This document shows, piece after piece, positions 39,904 to 52,689 of a stretch of DNA of 64,000 bases. The DNA comes from Octopus bimaculoides (Eukaryota): contig NC_068987.1 of the NCBI RefSeq assembly GCF_001194135.2, forward strand, positions 13,759,222-13,823,221, written 5' to 3'. The notes beneath the pieces were generated by a model. It saw nothing but the letters and a program-made list of their open reading frames with translations. It was not told where the DNA came from and ran no database searches. The stretch's first letter is position 1; every line of letters starts with the position of its first letter. The position numbers and the translations under genes were made by a program.

Positions 39904-42900
39904 GCAGTGAGCTAGCAGAATCATTAGCATGCCGGACGAAATGCTTAGCAGTATTTTGCCCATCACTATGTTCTGAGTTCAAATTCTCCAAGGTCGGCTT
40001 TGCCCTTTGCCTTTTGAAAGAAACACAGAGCATCTCAAAATAAATGAAAGGGTTAAGGTCAACTTCACCTGTTATCCTTTCAGGGTTGATAAAATAAGTA
40101 CCAGTTAAGCACTATGATCGATGTAATCAACTAGTCCCCACCACCACCACCACCACCACCAAATTTCAGGCCTTGTGCCTTTAGTAGAAAAGATTATCAT
40201 TATTATTAAGGGGGAAAGCTAACAGAATTGTTTGTTCATAGACAGAATGCTTAGCAGCATTTCTTCCATCTTTTTACGTTCCTAGTTCAAATTCCACCAA
40301 GGTTGACTTTGTCTTTCATCCTACCAGGGTTGATGATATAAGTTCCTGTTGAGCACTGGGTTTGATGTAATCAACTAGCCTTCTCCCTCCAAATTTCAGG
40401 CTTTGTTCCTATAAAAAGATTATTATTGGTGGATTAGCAGATTCATTAGTGTCAAACAAAATCCTATCAAGACCAACTTTGCCTTTCGTCCTTTCAGGGT
40501 CGATAAATTAAGTACCAGTGAAGCACTGGTGTCGATGGAATTGACTAGTCCACTCTCCCAAAACTTCAGGCCTTGTGCCTTTAGCAGAAAGGATTGTTAT
40601 TATGATTATTGATATCGGTAGTAAGAAATTCTCAAGAGAACCAAACAGCAGAAGGTCTTCAGAGAAGAAACCCACCTCGGGCAAGTGTTTGGCCCTTAAC
40701 TTCTTACACTCTAAGGGAGCTGGACCGCACCCTTCTGCTGATACTTTTTTGCTACTTGGAAAAAGAAGAAAAAAAAGGAATCATTAGAGCATCAGAAACA
40801 ATGCCTTATGATACTTAATTACAGACTTTTAAGTTCTAAGTTCAAATCCAGTCAGTTTCATCTTTCCCTTTTATTGTTCCTGGGTCAATAAAATAAGTGC
40901 CAGTCAGTACTGGGGCTAATATAAGCAACTGTATCCTCCTATCAAAATTTCTAGCCTTGTCTCTGTGCAAGAAATCGTTTTTTTTTTTTATTGTTAATCA
41001 TATACAGTATTATCACTATTTTAATATATATATATTGATGGGTCAGTTGGTAATATTGGCTAAATAATTGTATTTCGGCCGTTACTGCTTCTTATCTGTT
41101 GCTACAGTTTACTTCACTTCCTGGCTGAATAAACGTTTGTATCTAACTTCATTATTTGTGTACACATGTACACATCTATCTTTTGCTTAATAATTAACAT
41201 TCTCTTTTTTTGTTGTTTGTTTTAAACTCAGCAGGTTAGATTTTGTCGGTTTTTTTTTTTGGTTTTTTTCCTCCAGCTTTCCTCCTATGCATTTTTGGGG
41301 CGAACAAATATATTCAGATCAGATATGGGGGACATGTGTCATTGCAATGTGTCACTGTATCCACCGGTCATCCCAGGCAAATCTCCTAGCAGTGTCCCGG
41401 TCAGTCCCCATCTCCGCAAGATATATCCCCATCCACCATCCATGACCATGAGGCATGTGGCCAACCAACACAAGCCACCACTCCAACTGGATCCTCAAAG
41501 AAGCGAACACAGTACACAGGATCTAGCTCAGAAAATCAAACAATAAATGCTACATGGCAACCCTGCTTGTGTTGAAGCCATAATAAAATATAACTACCAC
41601 AGTCTGTAAAGTGGTTAGCAAACAAGTGGAGATTACATAGGGTCTAAAAGCTTTCTTTAGTCTTGTCAAGGACACAACTACCTTTCTAGTGTAAGTGCTA
41701 TGATAAAATATGCCCTTTCTAATGCCAACCACTTTACAGCACTGGTGTTTTTTTTTACATAGCACCAACAGGGTTGCCAGGTAACTTGCAAGAGAAATAG
41801 CCCTTGACTGGAAGAGGGAGGTGGCTTTGTAATGGTTGAGAGGTTAAAGTATAATAGAGGGTTAGAGATGTCTTACTACAGAAGAAGTACGTAGCTTTCC
41901 CGATAGGAAAAGGAGAGGAAAGAGCGAGAGTTAGATAGATACACTTATTAAATTGGGAGAGAAATAGATGGTGTTGGAGATGCATTAGGACATACCCACA
42001 AAGTACAGTGGGTGGGGAACATAAATAGTACAAAGAGGATACAGGGTTTCATAAGAGTGTATGGGAAGATGTCTGGAGAGGAAGCCTTCATTTATTTTTT
42101 CACTTTTTCAAAGACATGCACAAACTAAGGCAGATGACACTGACAGGTTAGAGTTGTATGAGATATTTATTTTACGGCCTTACATTTCTGAATTGAAATA
42201 CTATCAAGCATATCTTTAGCATTCGCTGTCATTATTTTGTGGTTGAATGAAATAAGGTGAACTTGAGTAACCGGCGCTTTACAATTTAATTTAAGTGTTG
42301 ATAGTAATACAGTGTCTTTTTTTATGACTTGTCAGTTCAAAAGATATTTTGTATGTTAGATAAACTGAAGTAGAGTTTTTCTTTGTCAAGGTTTGTCATT
42401 ATTGGGGCACAAATATTTTTAATAATTGCTGCATGAGAACAGGTGAAAAAGCTTTATGCTTAGAAGATGTTGAGACAGTTCAGAGAACGACCATAAAAAC
42501 TTCATGGTGCATTTATGTAAATAAGAGAATTTTTCTGGAGAAAACTAAACTTCACAGCATTTGTAAAATATTTTAATTCAACAAAAATATTTTCTGGGCC
42601 ATCGTGTACGAAAAAATGGGGACACATTACTTACCTGACAACTGCTGTCTTCTCTAACCTAATTAATGGTGGATGTGAGTGCTTTGAACTCATTGTAGCC
42701 AGAGTAAAAGCAAGATGGAAAAATTTCAAAGAGCTATTACTCCTCTTAGCAGCAATAGGATTCTCTCTCTCTCTCTCTCTCTCTCCCTCTCTCCCCCCTC
42801 TCTCTCTCTGTTGTATTGTGCTTGTGTAAAAAATGTGACAGTGTATAGTAGTGAAGTATTGATTTCAAATTTCAGCACAAGGCCTGCACAAGTGCTCAAC

Positions 42901-45900
42901 TGGTATTTATTTTATCAATCCAAAAAGATGAAAGGCAAAGTCAACTTCAGTGGGATTTGAACTCAGAACATAAAGACGGATAAAATGTCACTAAGTATTT
43001 TGCCTGGCTTGCTAATGGTTCAGCCAGCTCACTGCCACAGTAGCGAAATATTTATTTCGAACTTTAGCTTTAAGGCCAGCAATTCCGTGGAGGGGGATTG
43101 TCAATTATATTGATGCCAGAACTCAACTGGTACTTATTTTTATCAACATCAAAAGGATGAAAAGCAAAGTCAAACTCAGCAGAATTTGAACTCAGAACAT
43201 ACAGATGAACAAAATGCTGCTAAGCATTTGCCCGGTGTGCTAACGATTCTGCCAGCTCACCACCCTATATAGTAGTAAAATATTAACATTGAATTTAGAA
43301 GATGTATAAAGGTTGAAAATAAATCAGGTGAGTATGCTCTACCCATGTCCATGCGCCATGAATAACAGCAAAAATGGGCTTGGGGAAAATACTGGGTGTA
43401 AAATGAACCTTCTGCATTGTACAACAGTGTAGACTTAAACTGTGCTGATATGCAAATTGGATGCATGTAGAAGATAACAGGTAAAACTAGTGCCAAGTGG
43501 AAGGAGTCTGAAGCTGAGGAAGACTAAGATATGGGTGAAAGCAGATCTCTGATTGCTGAACCTCATGAAGATGACAATGGACTACAGTAAGCTGTGAGAT
43601 GCCATGCTGGACAAAACCCATTCAACTTATGCAAGCATTGAGAAACATAAGATGATGATGATGATGATGACAACGATAATGTCGTCATCACTGTCATCTC
43701 TATATATTCTGAATTTAAATTTTGTTGAGGTTGTCTCTGCTTTTCATTTCCTTGATGTTGAGGAGATAAGTAGCAAGCAGTGACCACGCTCTTCTATAAC
43801 TATTTGTTGAACTTGGGGTAATTCAAGAAATCATTATGTTTATGGATGTAGAAAGTGCTAATTAAGGAAATGTTCGTTATTTTGTCAAGAGCATTGGAGT
43901 TGGTACTAAACAGAAGTGCTTGAATTGCACTTATTGTTGTAGTGTATGCTATATTTGATGGCATAAAAGAGGCTTGAACATATTAGACATATCCCAATCT
44001 CAGTAGTGCATATTCAAGAAAAAAGTTTTTAGTGTATCAAAGCATGTAATATAAGGCCCAACTTTGCAAAAGGACCCAAGGTGAGTTTTTTTTATTTTTT
44101 AAGACTTTTTTCTTTGTAGGGAGTGCATCTTATATGCCATCAAATAAGGTAGTCTTGGACCTAAAAGTTGCAAGTTCAAACTGCACCGGGGAAGACTTTG
44201 CCTTTCATCTCACCAGGAGTCAGTGATCAATAGAATAGGCTCTGTTTAACATACTATGGTGAAATTATTTCACTATACTGTCTTCCCTTACAAGATTGGC
44301 ATTGTGCCTAGTCAATCAGAAAGGACATTACTGAGAGGAAAAATATATTGGCTTGATATCATTAAAAATAAATAAATTCCTATTATCAGAAACCTTTCAG
44401 TATAATATTTTATGTAAAAACAAAAATGAAACAAAATTTCATTGCTTCATAGATTTTAGGTCAACCAGATAATAACAACAACATTATTATATTCGTTTAT
44501 TTGGTTAGTACATTTTGTATTTGTGTTACTGCTCTAAACCCTGTTCTTTTACCAACCATAAAAGAATGCTGAATTCAATGACCTGAGTAAAACATGAGAA
44601 TTTCGAAATAGCTCTTTCTTTGTTTAAACATTGGGAATTATTTAAATTAAATTATATCAGAAAGCAATGTTCATTGTTACCAGTAAGACATTAACTGACA
44701 ATCATATGAATTTGATTTCAGTGTTTATCTGGAAATGAAATTTTTATCTTTTGTATCTCCTATGTGTCCTTTAGAGAAAATTGCTGAAATTGCTTAAAAA
44801 AAAAATTAATAATTTCTCCCTTTAGTCCTATAGTTTTTCAAGGTAAAACTCTATATTCAAGAATAATGTGTATTCAGTTAAATTACCTGGTTTAATATTG
44901 TTGTCGATAGTATTTTATTTCATAACTTATTTTATAAATCCACAACTGAAGAAAATAAAGCTGACAGTTGACCTTAACAATATTATTGAAAATTATTACC
45001 CATCATCGTCATTTAATGTCTACTCTTCTGTGCTTGCAATGAGTCACACGGAATTTATTCAGGCAGATTTTCAATGGTTAGATGTCTGTCCTGTCACCAA
45101 CCCTTTCCTGTTTTCAAGTAAGGTAATATTTCCCCATTGCTGGACCTTTTTCACTGAAGTCTGGAAACAAACAACACACTCAGTTATAACTATCACAAGA
45201 TGTCAAGACAAGGGTATACCCTAACATATATATGTGCAATGGGCTCCTTTCAGTTTCTATCTATCAAATACACTCACAAGGCTTTGGTCAGCCTGGAGCT
45301 ATGGTAGAAGACACTTGTCCAAGGTGCTGTGCACTGAGACTGAACCTGAAATCATGTATTTGGGAAGCAAACTTCTAAAATCACACATTTAGGAGGGAGA
45401 GCAGAAACCATAACTTTTTCAAGGCCTCCAAGATAAGTGGAAGAAAGGGTCAGAGGGTATTCTCAAGCTGGAGATCTGGCCCAAGGACTTACCACAAAGG
45501 GAACTTCTGTCTAAGATGTCAGGTAGTGGTGTTGAATAAGATGACTAAGTTTATCACCCAAGTAGGTGATGGCAGGATTTGAACTCAGAACACAGAACAG
45601 GAACAAGTATCACAAGGCATCTGGTCAGACATTCTTACACTTCTATTAGTCAAATCTCCTGGGCTGGTACTCTTTTCATCAGCCTCTGAAAGAATGAATG
45701 ACAAACTTGATGTTGGCAGCATTTGAACTCAGAACGAAGAGATTCAGAACATGTAAAGTAAGGCATTCTATCCACTACTCTAACAACTCAGCTATTTCTC
45801 TGTCCATTGTGAAGTATTGGAGTAGATGCTAGAAAGGAAGTTATCAGGCTTCCCCAGCATTTTTCCATAAGAGTAGGTTAATATTTCGTACTTCGTTTTA

Positions 45901-46023
45901 TCTCTTTGCCATAAGTATTCTCTATCATGTTACTCTTACACCTAGTGTATACATTGTTAGTACAGTTGTATCAACTGTTGCATAGATTATACACTGATAT
46001 GTGAATCAGATTGTGTATAGTTC

Positions 46024-46389
46024 TATATTCAAGAGATGAGGGATTATTTACATTATTTACACTCGATGGATATTTGTCCTCATCTTGTTTGTTCTTAACA
46101 CGTTTCGGCTGATATACCCTCCAGCCTTCATCAGATGTCTTGGGGAAATTTCAAACCTGGGTTCTCATTCCTAAGGTACTCTTCGATGTTGTTGTTGTTG
46201 TTGTTGGTAGTAATAGTAGTATTATTCAGGTCACTGCCTGGAATCGAACTCGGAATCTTGGGGTTAGTAGCCCATGCTCTTAACCACTACGCCATATGCC
46301 CGTGGGCATATGGCGTAGTGGTTAGGGTATATCAGCCGAAACGTGTTAACAAACAAGATGAGGACAAATATCCATCAATTGTAAATAAT
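46024..46389 (-). mobile_element. Family A element: tRNA-derived head + (AAC)n spacer + hammerhead-like 3' tail, followed by an inverted, internally deleted copy
   Basis: Head 46301->46229 has A box TGGCGTAGTGG and B box GAGTTCGATTCC and resembles tRNA-Arg(ACG). Tail contains CUGAUGA A GGCUG-loop-CAGCC GAAAC (46139->46096). 21-bp perfect palindrome arms at 46281-46301/46304-46324; outer inverted arms ~46052-46119/46325-46389. Confidence 0.8.
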
Positions 46390-46507
46390 ATAAAAATGTA
46401 TAGATTGTGTATGTTCACCTTTAACCCCTTTGAAACTAACCCATCTTAGATTGTTGCTTCTTCTTTTATTCCATAATACAAAACAACCCATTTTAAAAAG
46501 GCTGTAT

Positions 46508-46735
46508 TTAACCCTTTAGCATTTATACCGGCCATATCCGGTTAAAGCATTCTGCCTGTTTTATATTCAAACTGGCCAGATCTGGCTTCTCACACCAACC
46601 CTACAATATCATTCTAAAAATTAACAGGTACCTCATCAAAATCTCATAGCTGCAAGATAATGCATGATTAGTTCAAAACAATGTGGATAAAAAAGCATTA
46701 ATTATGGCAGAATAATCTGAATACTAAGGGGTTAG
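46508..46735. mobile_element. piggyBac-like (TTAA) MITE
   Basis: TTAACCCTTTAGCATT...AATACTAAGGGGTTAG termini. Confidence 0.7.
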
Positions 46736-49093
46736 ATAAAACCTTTTGTCATTGTTTTATCGAAGACCTTTTTTGTTAATTTATGTTCCAAACACCAATT
46801 TCATAATGGAGAAGTTATTCTTTGGTGAAATAGGCATCAGAGATGCTTTACTTCACACAGAAACTGCAGGAGCTACTCAGAGGTTTTGCAATCTCTCCTG
46901 AATCCATCGCAATGTTGGAAATCCTTTGATGTCACCAGCAGGTATCTCAGGGTGACAAGCGCTTCATCCTTTAGCCTGTACACTTCACCTTAATAGTATA
47001 GTGAGGACTAAATTAGTCTTTGCTTGCAGAAGGGTTCCACTTATAGTCTTTCGTAAACTTGTGAACAATAGCCAGCTTGAGCTCTCGGTTGTTGAATATT
47101 TTCAAAATTAATTTAAACAGATGGATCAGTATGTTACTTTTAAAATGTGGTCCTGAATGGACTTGAAAGGTCATCGACTTAATTACCGTACATTGCCAAA
47201 CCTTAAAATTTGGTATACACTGATAGACCTCAACAAATTTCAGTGGAAAGTTATATTGTCTATGTTGATACCCCATAAGTAAGACAGGATTTAGACATGT
47301 TTTTTGTTCTAACATCTTATAGTTCTTATCATCATTAAACCTTACTGCATGGGAACCAAGTATACTTGGTCCCATACATCTGCACTTGAAATACAGGAAC
47401 CAAGTTCAGTCATGTTTGATATAGAGGGGTACATTCCAGAATTCTTCACATTTCATATCATGTCGTATGCAATTTTGTTTTTTTTTAACTGGCCATTAGA
47501 AATAAAATTATGAGAACTGGTTTGCATATGATTAGCATGTTAGGTCATCAGCAGTAATTTAATCAGCACAGTGAGGGTTGACAGTAACATTACCAGTAAG
47601 GCTCTCCAATTACAGATATACATTGCTTGAGCTTCATCAGTGAACCCGTTTCTTTTTCATGTCTCAAATTGGTGTTTCACAACATGGGATTAAATTCCAT
47701 GTGTTGTAATGTTACATTTACTTGGTAGCAGTCGTAACCCCAGCACAGAGATATGTATATATGCCAAAGATATTTTATTTAATTCTTCCTTGTTTTAAGA
47801 ATTAATTGAAATAAAGGCAAACCATTTTAATAGAAATAAGGTGACAAAAGGGTTAAATTTGATTAAGTCAAAGTATAAGATATGTAAAAGTTTTTTTTTT
47901 TTTAACAAAAGTTTTTCTGAACCAGAAGACGTTTGGCATTATGTTGTGCTTGAGAAGAAGACCCATCAAGCCGAACAAAATTGCAGTCGTAGCAGATATT
48001 GGTGTCACGCAAATGGCATCCGTGCCAGTGACACATAAAAACACCTACTACACTCTCAGAGTGGTTGATGTTAGGAAGGGCATCCAGCCATAGAAAACCA
48101 TGCCAAATCAGACTGGAACCTGGTGCAGCCTTTCAGCGTGCCAGCCCAGTCAAACTGTCCCACCCATGCCAGCATGGACGACGAACGTTAAATGATGATT
48201 ATGATGATGACATATATATATATATATCTACAATGGGCTTCATTTAGTTTCTGTCTAGCAAATCCACTCACAAGGCTTTGGTCAGCCTAAAGCTATAGTA
48301 GAAGACACTTGCCCAAGGTGCCATGCAGTGGGTCTGAACCTGGAACCATGTAGTTGGGAATTAAACTTCTTACCACACAGCTATGCTTGCACAGAAAGAA
48401 TATATATTTTTTAATTTATGTCTATTTTATTGATTATTGCAGTCTGCAGAGTGTTTATGCATTATATATGTAATACATATGTGTCATATATATAATAATT
48501 AAATTATAGATTATGCACTTTGTGTTTTATTATACGTGTGATCCCTCAGTCTGCGGGAAAATTGTCTCACGTGAAACCAGTCTGTGGTGCAAAAAAGACT
48601 GGGGCCACTGCTTTACTGGTAAGATTATTGTTAACGTGGTTGTCCATCAAGCAGATAGACACAGAGACATGGTTTCTGTCTTATTAAGCTTGTTTCTTTT
48701 ATGTCTTAAATTACTCTGTTTCTCCATCATTTTTGCATTTGCTGGCAAAGGTTGGATGCAACTTCTTGAGACAGTATTCTAACCTTCCTGATGCCTAACC
48801 CTCTATGTCTTCTCATATCAAACCACTGCTGGATGTTTTGCTTATGGGAAATAACACCACCAAAATGTTATCAAGCAAAGACATGCCAATACAAACATGC
48901 ATGCATACACACACACATACATATTGGGCTTCTGTACAGTTTCTCTGTACCAATTTCACAAGACATTCATCAGCCTGAGGTCATAGTTGAAGATACTTGC
49001 CCAAGGTGCCATCTAATAGTCATACACAGAACCAAAAGTTTTGCCTGTAACTTTTATATTTATTATCATTTACATTAAAATCTCGACAGTTTA

Positions 49094-49471
49094 CTCTTTT
49101 ACTTGTTTCAATCATTTGACTGCGGCCATGCTGGAGCACCGCCTTTAGTCAAGCAAATCAACCCCAGGACTTATTCTTTGGATGCCTAGTACTTATTCTA
49201 TCGGTCTCTTTTGCCGAACTGCTAAGTTACAGGGACGTAAACACACCACCATCGGTTGTCAAGCGATGTTGGGGGGACAAACACAGACACACAAACACAC
49301 ACACACACACATATATACAACCGGATTCTTTCAGTTTCCGTCTACCAAATCCACTTACAAGGCTTTGGTCGGCCCGAGGCTATAGTAGAAGACACTTACC
49401 CAAGGTGCCACGCAGTGGGAATGTACCTGGAACCATGTGGTTGGTAAGCAAGCTACTTACCACACAGCCAC
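49094..49471 (-). mobile_element. tRNA-derived SINE (family b)
   Basis: Reverse complement aligns along its length with 33392-33800. Confidence 0.8.
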
Positions 49472-49912
49472 GTTGTACAAGTTGTACATTTTCAATAGGT
49501 GTAACCACTGCAAGACAGAAATTACATTTTCAATACAAATTCTATGTATTTTTTAAAAAAAGATTATTTTGTCCTTGTGTTGAGGTTAAACAACTGTTTA
49601 TCATTTGAAATGTTATCAAATATTGAATATTTGTTTATATCTTTGTATCTTTGTCAGAATGGAATATCAAATTCATATCAACATTGTCATAATTGATTTA
49701 GTTTTCATTAATGAAATACACTATCTTGACAGTTTCTTGCTTTGATAGCATAACATATGCAAAGAGTGTTTTTTTATAACTTATATAATGTATAATGCAA
49801 TTGTCTGCGTGTGTGTGTGTGTGTGTGTGTGTGCATGCACGCTATTTAAGATTTTCAGAGATGTACTCACATAGCAAGTGACCTGATCTGAGATTGTATG
49901 CTGAAACAAAAA

Positions 49913-50196
49913 CAATTGCAGCGTAGAAGGTGTTTATAAGCCATTTAAAAACACACAAAAACCGTTAGATTCACTTTAACATTTAAATTTAATTTGCCAA
50001 AATATTTTCGTCGCTTTGAGACCGCGACCTGTTCACTGACAAAATTCCGTGCCATATCTGATGCAGCTCGGAATTTTGTCAGTGAACAGGTCGCGGTCTC
50101 AAAGCGACGAAAATATTTTGGCAAATTGAATTTAAATGTTGAAGTGAATCTAACAGTTTTTGTGTGTTTCTTAAATGGCTAAAAAACACCTTCCAC
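49913..50196. repeat. Foldback / long inverted repeat, ~137-bp arms, 19-nt loop
   Basis: 59-bp perfect core 49991-50049 vs 50069-50127; the arms continue with a few wobbles, mismatches and one bulge to CAATTGCAG / CTGCAATTG. Confidence 0.95.
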
Positions 50197-51449
50197 ACTG
50201 CAATTGCTTTTATTAAGAATTGTATGTTCAAATGTTGTGTGTATATTTTAGAAATATAACCAGTTTATTGTGCACAAATGTTAACAAAATCTTTTATTGG
50301 ACCCTAGTTGAGAACCACTGATATAAAGAATGGTAGGATTTCTATTGGAGACTTTCTGTTTTTCTCCACTGGTGCCTGCTTGGTGCTTTCTTAGCCACCA
50401 GTAAACCAGTTTATGGCTTTACTATTAGCTGTGAGCCAAATATAATCTATCTGCTCTCTGGTGATACAATCTTAGACTAGAAGGTTCAATCTCTCCCCAC
50501 CCCTCCACTTACCCTCTTTATTATCTCTGATCCTTTTTCCTCTCTCATTACTTCTCTTAATTCCCTTTCATCTTCTCCTTCATTATTACTCTATCTCACT
50601 CACTCACTCTCACATCTCTGCTTCATCTGTGTTGTATCTCCCTTGGCTGCTATTTGTTTTGTTTTTTTATTATTCCAAGAAGTAAAAAAAAAAAACACTC
50701 CAGTTCCTTCTTTCTCTCTGTCTTTTTTTACTTGTACACTATCTCATTTACTGAACTCCCCTCTGCAACGGCAGTTATCTTAACAGGCTAACCTTTCTTA
50801 TCTGTTCTCAAAATTCCTGATGGTTTTATTTTTCATGGTTGGGCTATATGAACAGAACTGGTACATGCAGTAGATGATATTTCGGGGTTGGGTAAGAGAT
50901 AGTTATTTAGGTTGTTTGAATTCATTCAACTTGAAGCTTAATAGTTTGCACTAGTGACCTATACAGTATTTCCTTTCTTACCTTACTACCTAACGGGCCT
51001 CGTCAGGTGCTTGAATGACTTAAAAACTAGTATCACTGACACAATGTCACAAAATTTGAGAGAAAATCAGTTTTTGTTTTGTTTTCTTTCATTTTCTCAA
51101 GCTTGGTTTCCATGACATATAAGTGACTGAGATCGCAACATTCACCCTGAACAGGATGCCAGTTTATTACAGGGCTCAAAGACAACAATTCTGAGGGAAA
51201 GGGACAAGTCTAGTACATCTACACCAGTAGCTAACTGGGAATTTTATTTTATCAACCCCAATGGGATGAAAAGCATAGCTGACTTTGGCTGGGTTTGGGC
51301 TCAGAGCCATAAAGAGCCGGAAAAAATGTCACTAATGATTCTACCAACTCACCACCTAAATGTGAACGGATTACATCAGTCCCAGTATTTGACAGCTACT
51401 TTTATCAACCCTTGGAGTGTAAAGAGTAAAGTTGGCTCTAGCTGGATTT

Positions 51450-51683
51450 GAACTCAGAATGTAAAGGGATGTCACTAGCACACTACTGATTATGCTATTC
51501 CACTGCCGTAATAATGATAATATTAGTTTCAAACTTTGGCACAAGGCCAGCAGTTTTGGGGAGGGCTTAAATTGATTACATCAACCCCCAGAACTCAGAA
51601 TGTAAAGGGATGTCACTAGCACTCTACCGATTCTACTGTTCCACTGCCCTAATAATGATTATATTAGTTTCAAACTTTGGCAC
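51450..51683. repeat. 93-bp direct duplication within a SINE array
   Basis: 51450-51542 and 51591-51683 align (GAACTCAGAATGTAAAGGGATGTCACTAGCA...CAAACTTTGGCAC). Confidence 0.85.
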
Positions 51684-52152
51684 TTATTTTTTATCAATCC
51701 CAAAATGATGAATGAAAGGCAAAGTCAACCCTGGTGGAATTTGAACTCAGAACATAAAAATGGACGAAATGCCACTAAGGCATTTTGCCTCCTAAAACTT
51801 AAGACTGTGGTAACTTGATAATAAGACCAACTACATTTTCATTTGTTTCTTTTTCCGAACATGTTTACAAATTTTTCAATGAATAATTAACACTAGAGTG
51901 AAACAATGTTTATGAAATTTCATGAAAAGGAAATAAATAAATGGGAAAGCATAATTGAAACCAGAAAAACAGAAGAAACAGACAAGCAAACTTAGTAATT
52001 AAAAATAATGGAATATTTTCAAAAAATGTATTTTTAGTTTTAGTAATAATGAGTTATATGAATTTACTAAACTATCAAGACATATTATGTAGAGTTTTAT
52101 TGAAGGAAGAATACATGTGTGGGTGAAAACTATTCAGCTAATTTAAACCCCA

Positions 52153-52163
52153 CTCTCTCTCTT

Positions 52164-52245
<82 letters not shown>

Positions 52246-52248
52246 CCT

Positions 52249-52323
<75 letters not shown>

Positions 52324-52333
52324 TCTCTCTCTC
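52153..52333. repeat. (CT)n microsatellite, ~180 bp
   Basis: Direct reading. Numerous other (TA)n, (CA)n, (CAT)n and (TTA)n tracts occur, e.g. 8258-8300, 39860-39900, 54362-54462. Confidence 0.95.
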
Positions 52334-52376
52334 AGTATGGACTTACTGAAGTTAATTGAGATATGTATCAATGTAA

Positions 52377-52607
52377 TTAACCCTTTTGTTACCACTTTCT
52401 TTTGAAATATTATACAGCCTTTGTTTCAATTAATTTTGAAAATAATGAAGAATTTTGTAATATAACTTTGTCATTATTAAGGCGGTGTTTGGAACATAAA
52501 TTAAAATAGCATTGTATGAAAGGTTTTAATTCTAGATCACTCCCAAACAGGAAGCTTGCATCACAAATCAGACTTGGTCCCAGATGGGCTGGTATCAAAA
52601 GGGTTAA
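52377..52607. mobile_element. piggyBac-like (TTAA) MITE, second family
   Basis: TTAACCCTTTTGTTACC / GGTATCAAAAGGGTTAA (16/17 inverted match); a related partial copy starts at 2013. Confidence 0.75.
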
Positions 52608-52689
52608 GGTTAGCTGTAGATGTTTTGATTTCATTAATCAGTTGTTGTTTGTATTAGTCAGAATACGATGAGTGATATCCAGGCTGGTG

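Noticed and set aside
39400-40570. Regularly recurring motifs resembling a CRISPR-like array
   Set aside because: These are tandem decayed SINE units separated by (TTA)n, in a eukaryotic intron, with no identical repeats, unique spacers or cas genes.
41300-41560. Possible LINE ORF1 zinc-knuckle relic (GGHVSLQC)
   Set aside because: Only half of a CCHC motif, with stops; too weak to call.
46229-46301. Possible tRNA gene
   Set aside because: The acceptor and T stems do not pair properly and it is fused to a repeat body; treated as a SINE head. The same applies to other tRNA-like heads, e.g. ~4675-4740.
52119-52395. SL-repeat and RE-repeat ORFs
   Set aside because: Translations of the (CT)n microsatellite; similar YI, HT and VC ORFs elsewhere come from (TA)n and (CA)n tracts.
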